Shown piece after piece: positions 50,569-61,948 of a stretch of 64,000 bases of DNA. The notes under the pieces were generated by a model. It was given only the letters and a program-made list of their open reading frames with translations. It had not been told where the DNA came from and did not search any database. The position numbers and the translations under genes were made by a program. The stretch spans positions 35,236 to 99,235 of the forward strand of contig CAWFSV010000014.1 of NCBI GenBank assembly GCA_963818575.1, in the 5' to 3' direction. The stretch's first letter is position 1; each line of letters starts with the position of its first letter. This DNA comes from an uncultured Chloroflexia bacterium. GTDB lineage: Bacteria > Chloroflexota > Anaerolineae > Anaerolineales > E44-bin32.

Positions 50569-51210
50569 TCACGTTCGGCTTCTTCCGTCGCCCGAACGAC
50601 CGTTCCCATGCCCGGCCACGGATGGAACGGCGCCCTGCGGAGGTCGCAACAGCAGCGCATTGCCCAATACCCCGAGCAGCAGCGCGCTCCCCGCCAGCAC
50701 GCCCCAACCCGCCGCGGGGCCGTCCAGGTGCGGCAAGGGCAGGCGCATCGGGGCCAACCGTGTGGGCAAGGTCGGGACTAGATCCAGGAATGGCGCCAGC
50801 CACCCGGAGAGTTCGGCCAGGAACCGTGGGCCCACCTGGCGGATGGCGACCAGCGCAGGGTCATGCAGCGCCCGCACCAACCACTCCTCAAGGCGGACGC
50901 CCAGTGCCGCGAGCCCGACGACGGCTGCGGCCGCCTGCCCGGCCAGCACCCACCGCCAGCGGACGGCAGTCCTGCGCGCTGCCAGCAGACTGGTGATCAC
51001 CCTTGGCGTCAGATCGACTTGCAGCGGCGGGGTTTCCAGATTCGGGAGACCTTCGAAGAGCGTGCGCGCCTCTCGCATTGCGCGCGCACACAGCGCGCAG
51101 CGCTCCACGTGCCGATCGATCTCCTTCACTGCCTGGGCGGCGAGGCTGTGATCCAGGTAGTCGTAGATCGCCTGGTGCCCGATGTGCCAGGTAGCCTGTT
51201 GATCATGCAT
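50569..51210 (-). CDS. Zinc-binding (HxxxCxxC) transmembrane anti-sigma factor
   Basis: HVERCALC motif, TM segments, overlaps the ECF sigma stop. Confidence 0.8.
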   Translation of the reverse strand: MHDQQATWHIGHQAIYDYLDHSLAAQAVKEIDRHVERCALCARAMREARTLFEGLPNLETPPLQVDLTPRVITSLLAARRTAVRWRWVLAGQAAAAVVGLAALGVRLEEWLVRALHDPALVAIRQVGPRFLAELSGWLAPFLDLVPTLPTRLAPMRLPLPHLDGPAAGWGVLAGSALLLGVLGNALLLRPPQGAVPSVAGHGNGRSGDGRSRT

Positions 51211-51757
51211 GGTCCGCCAGCCTCCTGGACAACGTGCGGCGTGCCCGATACAGGTGGGACTTAACGTCGGACAGCGGCAGCCTCAGCGTCGCGGCGATCT
51301 CCTCGTAGCTGGCATCCTGGAAGTGACGCAACTCGATCACCGCCCGGTACATCGGAGGCAGTTCCAGGATCGCCTGCCGGATGGCCTGCGCCTGCTGCCG
51401 TTTCTCGGCCGCCGACTTCGGTGACGGGCCGGGCGGCGCACCGCGCAGGCCGGCCTCATCGTCGAATTCGAGCAGCACCGGCTGCCGGCGCTGAAGACGG
51501 TTCAGGCACAGGTTGGCCGCCACGCGGCGGATCCAGGGCCCGAACGGGTACGCCAGGTCAAACGTCTCCAACCGCTCATACCCCCGCAGAAAGGCGTCCT
51601 GTGCGAGATCCTCCGCCTCCTGCCGACCGCCCAGCATGCGGTAGCACACACCAAATACCGAGCCCTGGTAGCGTCGGACCAGTTCGCCGTACGCGTCCAG
51701 ATTGCCGTCCCGGACCTGCTTGACCAGCACGCCGTCATCGTTCGCTTGCATGCTCAT
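51203..51757 (-). CDS. ECF RNA polymerase sigma-70 factor (SigW/RpoE-like)
   Basis: AEDLAQDAFL, FGPWIRRVAANLC, SYEEIA..L..P...VKSHLYRAR. Confidence 0.92.
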   Translation of the reverse strand: MSMQANDDGVLVKQVRDGNLDAYGELVRRYQGSVFGVCYRMLGGRQEAEDLAQDAFLRGYERLETFDLAYPFGPWIRRVAANLCLNRLQRRQPVLLEFDDEAGLRGAPPGPSPKSAAEKRQQAQAIRQAILELPPMYRAVIELRHFQDASYEEIAATLRLPLSDVKSHLYRARRTLSRRLADHA

Positions 51758-51931
51758 AGGCTACTACAAGGAAGCGTCCCCGGAAGTCGCGCGCAAGTCC
51801 TGGTCCGGGCCTCGCCCCCGGCCCGGGCAGGAGCATCGCCGGGCGACCCGGAGGAGCCATGGCAGAACGACGGAGGGGGCACGCCGGATGGCGTGCCCCC
51901 TCGGGTTGAACGGATAGCCCGGATGTGGGCG

Positions 51932-53860
<1,929 letters not shown>

Positions 53861-53862
53861 TG

Positions 53863-54873
53863 TCACTCCTCTCCACGCGGCGCCGGCATAGCCGCCGCCG
53901 CGGCGCGCGCCAGGAAGGCGCGGCGCAATGTCTCCATCCACTCATGCCGCCCCTGGTAGAACGCATAACTGGCGGCGACCAGGGTGGCGCTGACAAACGC
54001 GTGCCCGACCAGCGCCAACAGACTGAACCACGAATCCTCGGCCGGCATCGCCCATACCCATCCGGCGGCATAGGTCACCAGCATGATCAGCGCCAGAAAC
54101 GCCACGCTCGAGGGCATGTTCCAGCGCACGACCTGCATGCTGGTGCGCATCGCCTTCCAAACCCCGAACCGGTAGCGAATGATGCCGTGCGGGGTGAAGG
54201 CCAGGTAGATCGCCAGCCAGAAGGCGAAGCTGAAGATGATGAACATCACGCCGGCGCCCAGGATCGGCAGGAGCAGTGTGGCCACCGACACGACGATCGC
54301 CGCTCCGGCCATCAGGGCCAGCAGGGCGCCGTACATCCCGGCCGACAGGGCGATGAATCTCCCCCAGGCCAAACCGAGCGGCGCAAGCTCGCCGGCGGGC
54401 GCCACCTGACGGGCGATGACCACCTGGAAGAACGCCCCCATGCCAAGGCCGATGAGTGTGAACAGCACCCAGGTCGCGGCGGCGGTGAGGAGGCTGCCGG
54501 CTTCCCCGGTTGGCGGCATCCCCACCGGGTTGGCCGACGGCATGCGCGCCGCCATCAGGCTCGGAACCCCGGCCGGGATCGCCGAGAGCGCCGAAAGGAT
54601 GTTGAACCTCAGGGCCAGCTCGGCGAAGCCCTTCTGAACGCCTTCGACCTGTTGCGCCAGGGCTGGATCCACACCGGGCGGCACCGCCAGGGCGCCCGCC
54701 AGGCCCTGGATCAGGGCCGTCGCCCGGAGCTGCGGGCCAAGCCACAGGAACAAGTCGAGGGCCAGCGGCGGGAGGATCAGTATCGGGCGCGCAGCAATAC
54801 GCTCGAACCCGGCTGCCAGCGAGGCCAGGATACCGATGGGCGGCTTCAGAGCAGTCGAGCCGGGGGTCTCCAC
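53863..54873 (-). CDS. Membrane protein, probably co-transcribed with gyrB
   Basis: Multi-TM ORF ending 2 bp before the gyrB start; LDLFLWLGP motif. Confidence 0.72.
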   Translation of the reverse strand: METPGSTALKPPIGILASLAAGFERIAARPILILPPLALDLFLWLGPQLRATALIQGLAGALAVPPGVDPALAQQVEGVQKGFAELALRFNILSALSAIPAGVPSLMAARMPSANPVGMPPTGEAGSLLTAAATWVLFTLIGLGMGAFFQVVIARQVAPAGELAPLGLAWGRFIALSAGMYGALLALMAGAAIVVSVATLLLPILGAGVMFIIFSFAFWLAIYLAFTPHGIIRYRFGVWKAMRTSMQVVRWNMPSSVAFLALIMLVTYAAGWVWAMPAEDSWFSLLALVGHAFVSATLVAASYAFYQGRHEWMETLRRAFLARAAAAAMPAPRGEE

Positions 54874-54881
54874 AATCTTTG

Positions 54882-54890
54882 ATTCTATCA
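54882..54890 (-). promoter_or_regulatory. Extended -10 promoter (TGaTAGAAT), probably leaderless
   Basis: TAGAAT 8 nt upstream of GTG 54873. Confidence 0.5.
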
Positions 54891-55054
54891 CACGGCTCCG
54901 ATTTGCCTTCTCGCCGACCGCGGTTCGCGCCGTTCTGCGCCCTCCAGGAATTTGCCGATGGGCACTCTCGATCGGCCGGCGATCGCACGAGGCACGGCAT
55001 GCGTGCCCCAACGTCGCCAGGCCGGGAGCGCGGCCGCACTTCCAGGTGGCAGGT

Positions 55055-55083
55055 TTGACCACCCTCCATGCCTCGGATAGAAT
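55055..55083 (+). promoter_or_regulatory. Sigma70-type promoter TTGACC-17-TAGAAT
   Basis: Near-consensus hexamers with 17-bp spacer, 8 nt before ATG 55092. Confidence 0.65.
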
Positions 55084-55091
55084 GCCTGCGC

Positions 55092-55940
55092 ATGATGGAC
55101 CACGAACGTCCGACCATTGCCCTGCTCACGGACTTCGGGACGCGCGATGTGTACGCTGGGATCGTCAAGGGAGTGCTCGCCAGCCGGGCACCCGAGGCGC
55201 GGGTCATCGAACTGACACACGACGTCCCGCCCGGCGACATCCGCACGGCGGCGCTCCTTCTGTGGCAGGCTCAGGAATTCATGCCGACCGGCACGGTGTT
55301 CCTGGCCATTGTCGATCCTGGCGTCGGCAGCGGCCGTCGACCGGTCGCCGTGCGGCTTCCAAATGGTCACGGCGTCGGACCCGACAATGGCTTGTTCTCG
55401 TTTCTCTTTCCTCCGGGCCGCACGCCGGAGGCCGTGAGCCTCGATGTCGCCCGCCTATCCATGCCGGGCACGAGCACGACGTTCCACGGCCGCGACGTGT
55501 TTGCGCCGGCCGCGGCGAGGCTGGCCGCCGGCGCGGCGCTGAGCGATCTAGGTTCGCCCGCCGGGGGTCTGGTGACGCTCCCTACCCCGCGCCTCGACCT
55601 GAGTGAGCGGAGCGCCACGGGTGAGGTGCTGAGGTTCGACACATTTGGCAACGCCATCACCAGCCTTGGAACTTTGCGCGCCACCGGCACGCGGGTTGAG
55701 CTGATCCCCTGTTGGCAGGCGTTGGCCCCGATGGCCTTTGAGGCGTCCGCGGCGCGGGTGCGGATCGGCTCGCACTTGCAGCTGCCGCTCTCGAGAACTT
55801 ACGCCGACGTGCCGCCCGGACAGCCGCTGGCCTACATCGGGAGCAGCGGGTTGCTCGAGATCGGCGTGCACGGCGGGCGAGCCGATGAACTCCTCGGGCT
55901 GAGCCCGGGGATCCAGGTTACGCTCGTCGACGAGGGATGA
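55092..55940 (+). CDS. SAM hydroxide adenosyltransferase (SAM hydrolase/halogenase family, DUF62)
   Basis: IALLTDFG, VDPGVGSGRR, GPDNG, STTFHGRDVFAP, DTFGN, GSSGLLEI. Confidence 0.92.
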   Translation: MMDHERPTIALLTDFGTRDVYAGIVKGVLASRAPEARVIELTHDVPPGDIRTAALLLWQAQEFMPTGTVFLAIVDPGVGSGRRPVAVRLPNGHGVGPDNGLFSFLFPPGRTPEAVSLDVARLSMPGTSTTFHGRDVFAPAAARLAAGAALSDLGSPAGGLVTLPTPRLDLSERSATGEVLRFDTFGNAITSLGTLRATGTRVELIPCWQALAPMAFEASAARVRIGSHLQLPLSRTYADVPPGQPLAYIGSSGLLEIGVHGGRADELLGLSPGIQVTLVDEG

Positions 55941-55943
55941 CCC

Positions 55944-57230
55944 ATGCAGACTTTTCGCATTGAAGGCGGGCGCGCGATCCACGGCGAGGTGACGCCCTCC
56001 GGAAACAAGAACGCCGCCCTGCCCCTGCTGGCTGCCTGCCTGCTCACCGACCAGCCGGTCGTCCTGCGCAACGTCCCGGACATCGGCGACGTGCGCACGA
56101 TGTGCGGGCTGCTCGAGAGCCTGGGCGTGCAGATCGACCGTCTCGACGCCCACACCTGGCGCGTGCAGGCGGGCGAGGTGCGGCGCGCCGATCTCGACCC
56201 GGACATCTGCCGGCGGATGCGCGCCTCGATCCTGCTTGCCGGACCGATGAGCGTTCGATCCGGCGGCGTCTCGCTTCCCCCGCCCGGCGGGGACGTCATC
56301 GGCCGGCGGCGGATCGACACGCACATCCTGGCACTGCGCGCCCTGGGCGCCGAAGTGGCCTATCAGAATCGCGAGTTCAACTTCTCCACCTCGCGCCGGC
56401 TGAGCGGGGCCGATATCCTGCTCGACGAGGCCAGCGTGACGGCGACCGAGAACGCCATCATGGCCAGTGTCACGGCTCGCGGCGAGACCACGCTGCGCAA
56501 TGCCGCCTCCGAGCCTCACGTGCAGGACCTGTGCAACTTCCTGAATGCGCTGGGCGCCCGCATCGACAACATCGGGTCGAACACGCTTCACATCCACGGC
56601 GTCGAAGGCCTCTCGGGCGGCGACTTCACCATCGGCGCCGACTATCTGGAAGTGGTCAGCTACATCGGCGCAGCGCTGGTGACCGGCGGTTCGGTGCGCG
56701 TGCGCGCCGCCGGACCGGAACACCTCAACATGGCCCGCCTGGTCTTTCGCCGTCTGGGGGCCGAGTGGGAAGTGGACGGCCAGGACATCGTCGTCCCGGC
56801 CGATCAAAAACTGGAGGTCGAGCCGGACCTGGGCGGCGCGATCCCGTCGATCAGTGTGATGCCCTGGCCCGCCTTCCCCACCGATCTGATGAGCGTGGCG
56901 ATCGTCGTGGCCAGCCAGTCGAAGGGCACCGTCCTGTTCCACGACTGGATGTTCGAGGGCCGGATGTTCTTCATCGACAAACTGGTGTCGATGGGCGCCC
57001 GGATCATCCTGTGCGACCCGCACCGCTGCATCGTCGAGGGGCCCAGGCAATTGGTGGGTGAGACGCTGGAGAGCCCGGACATCCGCGCCGGCCTGGCGCT
57101 GGTGCTGGCCGCATTGGCAGGCCGGGGGTCGTCGACCATCCGCAACATCTCCCAAATCGACCGTGGCTACGAACGCATCGAGGAGAAACTGCGCGCCCTG
57201 GGTGCAGCCATCGAGCGCATCGACATCTAG
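55944..57230 (+). CDS. murA: UDP-N-acetylglucosamine 1-carboxyvinyltransferase
   Basis: SGNKNAALP, MRASILL, PGGDVIGRRRIDTH, SVTATEN, EPHV, FPTDL, DIRAG, IDRGYE. Confidence 0.95.
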   Translation: MQTFRIEGGRAIHGEVTPSGNKNAALPLLAACLLTDQPVVLRNVPDIGDVRTMCGLLESLGVQIDRLDAHTWRVQAGEVRRADLDPDICRRMRASILLAGPMSVRSGGVSLPPPGGDVIGRRRIDTHILALRALGAEVAYQNREFNFSTSRRLSGADILLDEASVTATENAIMASVTARGETTLRNAASEPHVQDLCNFLNALGARIDNIGSNTLHIHGVEGLSGGDFTIGADYLEVVSYIGAALVTGGSVRVRAAGPEHLNMARLVFRRLGAEWEVDGQDIVVPADQKLEVEPDLGGAIPSISVMPWPAFPTDLMSVAIVVASQSKGTVLFHDWMFEGRMFFIDKLVSMGARIILCDPHRCIVEGPRQLVGETLESPDIRAGLALVLAALAGRGSSTIRNISQIDRGYERIEEKLRALGAAIERIDI

Positions 57231-57456
57231 CAGCCTCACGGCTCGATTCACACTCTCCGCAAGCAACCCCTTCGACCGGGACGGTTGACCGGGCGCCCGA
57301 GTTGGGCCGTCGAGGCGAGGCGGCGGGGAAGCCGTGGCGGATGGAGGTGGACGGGTTTCAAGATTCCCCACCCAATGGTGAAGTCCGGGGATGGTCCAGA
57401 GGCAACAGCACGCGCAGCCGCGGGGCCGCGCGTGGATTCACCGGAAGCTTCGTTGG

Positions 57457-58230
57457 CTAGCGGGCAGAGACGCAGCGCGCCTCGACCTCGGATGCCAGCC
57501 GCCGGTAGGCAGCAGCCCCGGCGCTCTCGGGCCGATGCGTGAGCACCGGCAGCCGCGCCGCCGGCGCCGTCGCCAGGGCTTCCTCCAGCTCGATCACCGT
57601 CTCAAACACTCGCTCATGGAATGCAGATCGCAGTTCTTCAACAACCTGCCGGCTGTGCGCCGACGACTGCTGGTACATCGTCGGCAGCAGGCCGAGCAGG
57701 TCCAAGGTCGGGTTCATTCTCTCCCGCACGGTGCCCAGCGTGTCGAGGATGGCGCGGATGCCGCGCATCGCCAGGTAGCGGCATTCGACCGGCACGATCA
57801 CGGCATCGGCGGCGGTCAGGGCATTGACGGTGAGAAGGCCCAGGCTGGGCGGGGTGTCGATCAGGATGTAAGCGACCTGGTCGGCTTCGGACCGCAGCGG
57901 ATCCGCCAGGCGCCGGGCGCGATCGGGCCGCGCCATCAGCTGGTATTCGGCCGCCGCCAGGTCGACGCTGCCCGGAGCCAGCCACAGCCGCTCCCCGATC
58001 GGACGGACGATCTGTCCCAGCGTCACCCCGTCCTGGGCCATGAGCGAGTAGGTCGTGGGCGTCTGGGTATAGGGATCGAGGCCGGAGCTGGCGGTCAGGG
58101 CACCCTGCGGATCAAGGTCGACCAGCAACACGTGCTGGCCACGCTCGGCGAGCGCCGCGCCCAGGTTGACCACGGTCGTCGTCTTACCGACGCCGCCCTT
58201 CTGATTGGCGATGGCCAGAATGCGTCCCAC
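57457..58230 (-). CDS. ParA/Soj family ATPase
   Basis: NQKGGVGKTTT, DLDPQG, IDTPPSLG.LTVNAL; no adjacent parB. Confidence 0.9.
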   Translation of the reverse strand: MGRILAIANQKGGVGKTTTVVNLGAALAERGQHVLLVDLDPQGALTASSGLDPYTQTPTTYSLMAQDGVTLGQIVRPIGERLWLAPGSVDLAAAEYQLMARPDRARRLADPLRSEADQVAYILIDTPPSLGLLTVNALTAADAVIVPVECRYLAMRGIRAILDTLGTVRERMNPTLDLLGLLPTMYQQSSAHSRQVVEELRSAFHERVFETVIELEEALATAPAARLPVLTHRPESAGAAAYRRLASEVEARCVSAR

Positions 58231-58238
58231 GGGTGGGG

Positions 58239-58267
58239 AGTATATCCAAGGCAGTGCCTGCGGGCAA
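58239..58267 (-). promoter_or_regulatory. Promoter TTGCCC-17-TATACT for the parA-like gene (leaderless)
   Basis: Hexamers with 17-bp spacer; -10 lies 8 nt upstream of GTG 58230. Confidence 0.55.
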
Positions 58268-58326
58268 TCGACGGCTCCGGCTCCCGGCCGCACCGGATGT
58301 CGCATGGGGGCAGCGGCAGTTGACGA

Positions 58327-58355
58327 TTGACCGGGCGGCGCCGGGGCGGTATAAT
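58327..58355 (+). promoter_or_regulatory. rpmH operon promoter TTGACC-17-TATAAT
   Basis: Near-perfect sigma70 consensus ~35 bp upstream of rpmH. Confidence 0.75.
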
Positions 58356-58389
58356 CGCCTGTCTACGTCTAGTGTCTGGGTGAACGTCA

Positions 58390-58566
58390 ATGCCGAAACG
58401 AACCTACCAACCGAAGATCCGCCACCGCGTGCGCGTGCACGGGTTCCGCGCCCGCATGGCGACGAGCAAGGGCCGCATGGTTCTCAAGCGCCGCCGCCTC
58501 AGGGGCCGCATGCGCCTGACGGTTCGGATGAACGCCCACGTCAAGAAGATCAACTGGAAGGCCTAG
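58390..58566 (+). CDS. rpmH: 50S ribosomal protein L34 (not in the ORF track)
   Basis: Translates [45 protein letters not shown]...; precedes rnpA. Confidence 0.96.
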   Translation: MPKRTYQPKIRHRVRVHGFRARMATSKGRMVLKRRRLRGRMRLTVRMNAHVKKINWKA

Positions 58567-58604
58567 CGCGTCTGCCCTCGCCGACCACAATCGGTCGGAC
58601 GCAC

Positions 58605-58973
58605 ATGGAGCGCAGATACCGGCTCACAGGCCCAGCTGACTTCCAGCGGGTGAGGCGTACGGGAACCTCCTACTCCCACCCGTTGTTTGTTGTGGTCGTG
58701 TGCGCCAACGAGCTGCCCGTTGCGCGCCTGGGCGTGAGCGCCAGTCGCAGCCTGGGGAACGCCGTTCGCCGCAACCGCGCCAAGCGCCGGCTGCGTGAGG
58801 CCTTCCGACCCGTGCTTGCGGACGTGCGTGGCGGATGGGACCTGGTGGTCATCGCCCGGCCCGCCGTTGTGGATGCCGATTGGCCGGCGGTGCAGGCCGC
58901 CGCTCGCAGCCTCCTGAAGCGCGCCGGCCTGCGGCGATCGGAGCACGAAGGCCGTGAAGACCGAGGTGTCTGA
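58605..58973 (+). CDS. rnpA: Ribonuclease P protein component
   Basis: RLT...DFQRV, RLGVSASRSLGNAVRRNRAKRRLRE, DLVVIAR. Confidence 0.93.
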   Translation: MERRYRLTGPADFQRVRRTGTSYSHPLFVVVVCANELPVARLGVSASRSLGNAVRRNRAKRRLREAFRPVLADVRGGWDLVVIARPAVVDADWPAVQAAARSLLKRAGLRRSEHEGREDRGV

Positions 58974-59236
58974 GGCTGCCGAACCGAGCCTGAAGGATAT
59001 CCCCCTCACCTGGGGGAACGCTGCCTCGGCTTCCGCTGCTGGCGTTGATCCGGTTTTACCAATTGACGATCTCGCGGGCTCTGCCCGCCGGAACCTGCCG
59101 TTTCCATCCGACCTGTTCTCACTATGGCTACCAGGCCATCGCCCGATACGGGCTGTTCAAAGGCGGATGGATGGCGGTCTGGCGCGTCCTGCGCTGCCAG
59201 CCCTTCAACCCCGGCGGATACGACCCCGTACGATAG
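58954..59236 (+). CDS. yidD: Membrane protein insertion efficiency factor YidD (core 59045-59236; probable frameshift near 59020)
   Basis: [33 protein letters not shown]. Confidence 0.9.
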
Positions 59237-59243
59237 GAGCCAC

Positions 59244-60326
59244 ATGGCACGTCGATCGCATCGTCTTCCCTGGGCTGCCGTCGGTGTATTGCTCGTGGCG
59301 GCCCTGCTGCTCACCGGATGTTCGGGGGCAGCGCTGACCCCCTCCAGCTGGCCCGGCGTGGCCGCAGATGCAGAAACCGCCTACGTCGCCAGCAACCAGG
59401 CGGTGTACGCTGTCGATCTGGCAACCGGCGCCGAGCGCTGGCGCTTCCCGGCGGAGCCGGACCGCGCCATCGCGCTCTACGCCCCACCGCTGGTCACCGA
59501 TGACGGCCTGATCATCCTTGGCGGGTTCGACAAGACCGTCTATGCCATCCATGCCTCCGATGGCCGCCAGGCCTGGACGTTTGCGGATGCCAAGGACCGC
59601 TACGTGGGAGGCGCGGCGCAGGCCGGAGAGCTGATCCTCGTCCCCAGCTCCGATCACACCCTCTACGCGCTGCAGCGCGCAAGCGGCGCGCTCGTCTGGT
59701 CTTTCGAGACCGGGGCCCCGTTGTGGGCGGCGCCGTTGGTCGATGGCGAAGTCGTCTACCTGCCGTCCCAGGACCATACGCTGTACGCGCTCGAGGTACG
59801 GACCGGCAAGCTTCTGTGGTCGGAAGACCTGGGCGGCGCGCTGTCCGACACCCCGGTGCTCGCCGGCGGGCTGCTGCTGGCCGGGACCTTCGGCCAGGGG
59901 CTGATCAGCCTCGATCCCAGGACGGGCGCACTCGAGTGGGCCGTGACCACTGCCGGCTGGGTGTGGGGCAATCCGGCGGTCGATGATGCCGCGGCGTACT
60001 TTGGCGACTTGAGCGGCGCGGGCCGCGCCGTGTCTCTCCAGGACGGCTCGGACCTTTGGTCATACCAGGCCGGCGGTGACCTGGTCGCCAGCCCGGCGCT
60101 CGGCGAGAGCACGGTCTACTTCGCCACGGCAGCCGGCGTGGTGCAAGCCCGCTCGACCGCCGACGGGGCCCCGCTGTGGGAGGTCACGTTGGCCGGACCT
60201 GTGAACACCGATCCGCTGCTGACGGGCGACCGACTGCTGGTGGCCATCGCCGGCGGCGATGTGCTGCTGGCCGCGCTCGACCCGGCCACCGGCGCCACGC
60301 GCTGGACCTTCGCGCCGGCGAAGTAG
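59244..60326 (+). CDS. PQQ-like beta-propeller lipoprotein (BamB-like)
   Basis: Lipobox LLTGC; repeated YAVDxxTGxxxW blades; GGAG RBS. Confidence 0.88.
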   Translation: MARRSHRLPWAAVGVLLVAALLLTGCSGAALTPSSWPGVAADAETAYVASNQAVYAVDLATGAERWRFPAEPDRAIALYAPPLVTDDGLIILGGFDKTVYAIHASDGRQAWTFADAKDRYVGGAAQAGELILVPSSDHTLYALQRASGALVWSFETGAPLWAAPLVDGEVVYLPSQDHTLYALEVRTGKLLWSEDLGGALSDTPVLAGGLLLAGTFGQGLISLDPRTGALEWAVTTAGWVWGNPAVDDAAAYFGDLSGAGRAVSLQDGSDLWSYQAGGDLVASPALGESTVYFATAAGVVQARSTADGAPLWEVTLAGPVNTDPLLTGDRLLVAIAGGDVLLAALDPATGATRWTFAPAK

Positions 60327-60342
60327 CCGGGAGAGCCAAACC

Positions 60343-61123
60343 ATGTGGGATACCGTCATTCTCGATCCGATGATCAACAGCCTGCTGTGGATCTATGATC
60401 TGCTCGGGAACAACTTCGGGCTGGCGATCATCGTCTTCACCGCCTTGATCCGCCTCGTGACCCTGCCGCTCACCCTGCAGCAGCAACGCAGTACGCAGAA
60501 GATGCAGGAGATGCAGGGATCCAAGGCGTGGCAGGACATGCAGAAGAAGTACAAGGATGACAAGCAGAAGCTGCAGCAAGAGCAGCTGAAACTGTATCAG
60601 GAAGTGGGCTTCAATCCGCTCAGCGGCTGTCTGCCTACGCTGATCCAGCTGCCGATCATCTTCGGCTTGTACGGCGCGATCATCCGCGCCCTGGCCACGA
60701 CCCCCACCCAGCTGCTCGAGCTCGCCAACCACATCTACGATTTCATCCCGAGCTCGATCATTCCGCTGAACAGCCAGTTCCTCTACATGAACCTGGGGCA
60801 GCCGGAGAGGCTGTATCCTGTCCTTCCTGCCGAACATCGGAATTCCCGTGCTGACGATCCTGGTGGTCATCAGCACCTACTTCCAGAACAAGTTGATGAC
60901 CCCGCCGACGGGCGATGCGCAGGGTGCTCAGATGGGCAAGGTCATGGCGTTGTACATGCCGCTGCTTCTCGGCTACTTCGCCTACACCCTCGCCTCCGGC
61001 CTGGCGCTGTACTTCGTGGCCTCCAACCTGCTGGCCATCGTTCAATACGCCGCCACGGGGAAGGTGGACTTCAAGAAGCTGCTTTCGTTCGGCGCGAACA
61101 GCACGGCCAAGCCCAAGCGCTGA
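60343..61123 (+). CDS. yidC: Membrane protein insertase YidC/Oxa1, short form (frameshift near 60820)
   Basis: FGLAIIVFTALIR..PL, KKYKDD, NPLSGCLP.LIQLPI, ASGLALYF..SNL..IVQ. Confidence 0.9.
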
Positions 61124-61150
61124 CCGGGAGCGCCGGTTTGGCGCTCCCGG
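61124..61150 (+). terminator. Hairpin after yidC
   Basis: 11-bp stem CCGGGAGCGCC/GGCGCTCCCGG. Confidence 0.5.
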
Positions 61151-61184
61151 AAGTTCTCAGCCTGCCAACGGACCGGGTGATTGT

Positions 61185-61916
61185 ATGCGTGATCAACGCC
61201 TGACTGTGGAAGTGACCGCCCCGTCGATCGAGGAAGCCGTCGCACGCGGCGCCGCCGAACTCGGCGTCTCACCGGACTCGGTGGACGTCCAGGTGCTGGA
61301 CGAGGGCGGGAAGGGCATGTTCGGCCTGGGCCTGCGCCAGCCGCGCGTCCGCCTGACGCTGAAGGGCGCCGGCCCCGTCGCCGCCGAGACGGACGAGGAA
61401 GACGCCGCCCCGCCGGCGCCGCCGGCCGAGCTCACCGAAGAGGATGCCGAAGCGCTGCGCGTGTCCGAGGATACGCTGCATGAGCTCCTGCTGCGCATGG
61501 GCGTCGACGCCACCGTGCGGGCGCGCTGGGGCGAGCCCACCGGCCCCGAGGCGCCGCGCAACGTGTTCGTCGATTTGCACGGCACCGATCTGAGCATCCT
61601 GATCGGACATCGGGGAGAGACGCTGTCCGCGCTGCAATACATCACGCGCCTGATCGTCGGCAAGGAGCTTCACCGCCCGCTGCCGATCGTGCTCGACGTC
61701 GAGGGCTACCGGGCGCGGCGGGAACGACAGCTGCGCCAGCTCGCCCAGCGCATGGCCCAGCAGGCCGTCGAACGCGGACGGACGATGACGCTCGAGCCGA
61801 TGCCGGCCAACGAGCGCCGCATCATCCACATTGAACTCCGCGACCACGCGCAGGTGACGACCGAGAGCATCGGCGAAGGCGAGCACCGCAAGGTGACCAT
61901 CATCCCGAAGCCCTGA
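61185..61916 (+). CDS. jag: RNA-binding protein Jag/EloR (KhpB): Jag_N, KH and R3H domains
   Basis: SIEEAV, KGMFGLG, LIGHRGETLSALQY, LEPMPANERRIIH, SIGEGEHRKV. Confidence 0.93.
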   Translation: MRDQRLTVEVTAPSIEEAVARGAAELGVSPDSVDVQVLDEGGKGMFGLGLRQPRVRLTLKGAGPVAAETDEEDAAPPAPPAELTEEDAEALRVSEDTLHELLLRMGVDATVRARWGEPTGPEAPRNVFVDLHGTDLSILIGHRGETLSALQYITRLIVGKELHRPLPIVLDVEGYRARRERQLRQLAQRMAQQAVERGRTMTLEPMPANERRIIHIELRDHAQVTTESIGEGEHRKVTIIPKP

Positions 61917-61948
61917 AGCGGTCCGACCTGCGACGAACCACGCCCCGG

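Noticed and set aside
55092-55940. Possible fluorinase/chlorinase
   Set aside because: Retains the Asp-Arg-His features (VDPGVG..RR, TFHGRD) of the common SAM hydroxide adenosyltransferases; no halometabolite genes nearby
55944-57230. MurA with Asp at the catalytic Cys position (PGGDVIG) as an acquired fosfomycin resistance gene
   Set aside because: Cys-to-Asp MurA is a known natural variant in several phyla; housekeeping context and no mobility signs
58231-58389. oriC upstream of rpmH
   Set aside because: Short GC-rich spacer occupied by two divergent promoters; no DnaA boxes or AT-rich unwinding element seen
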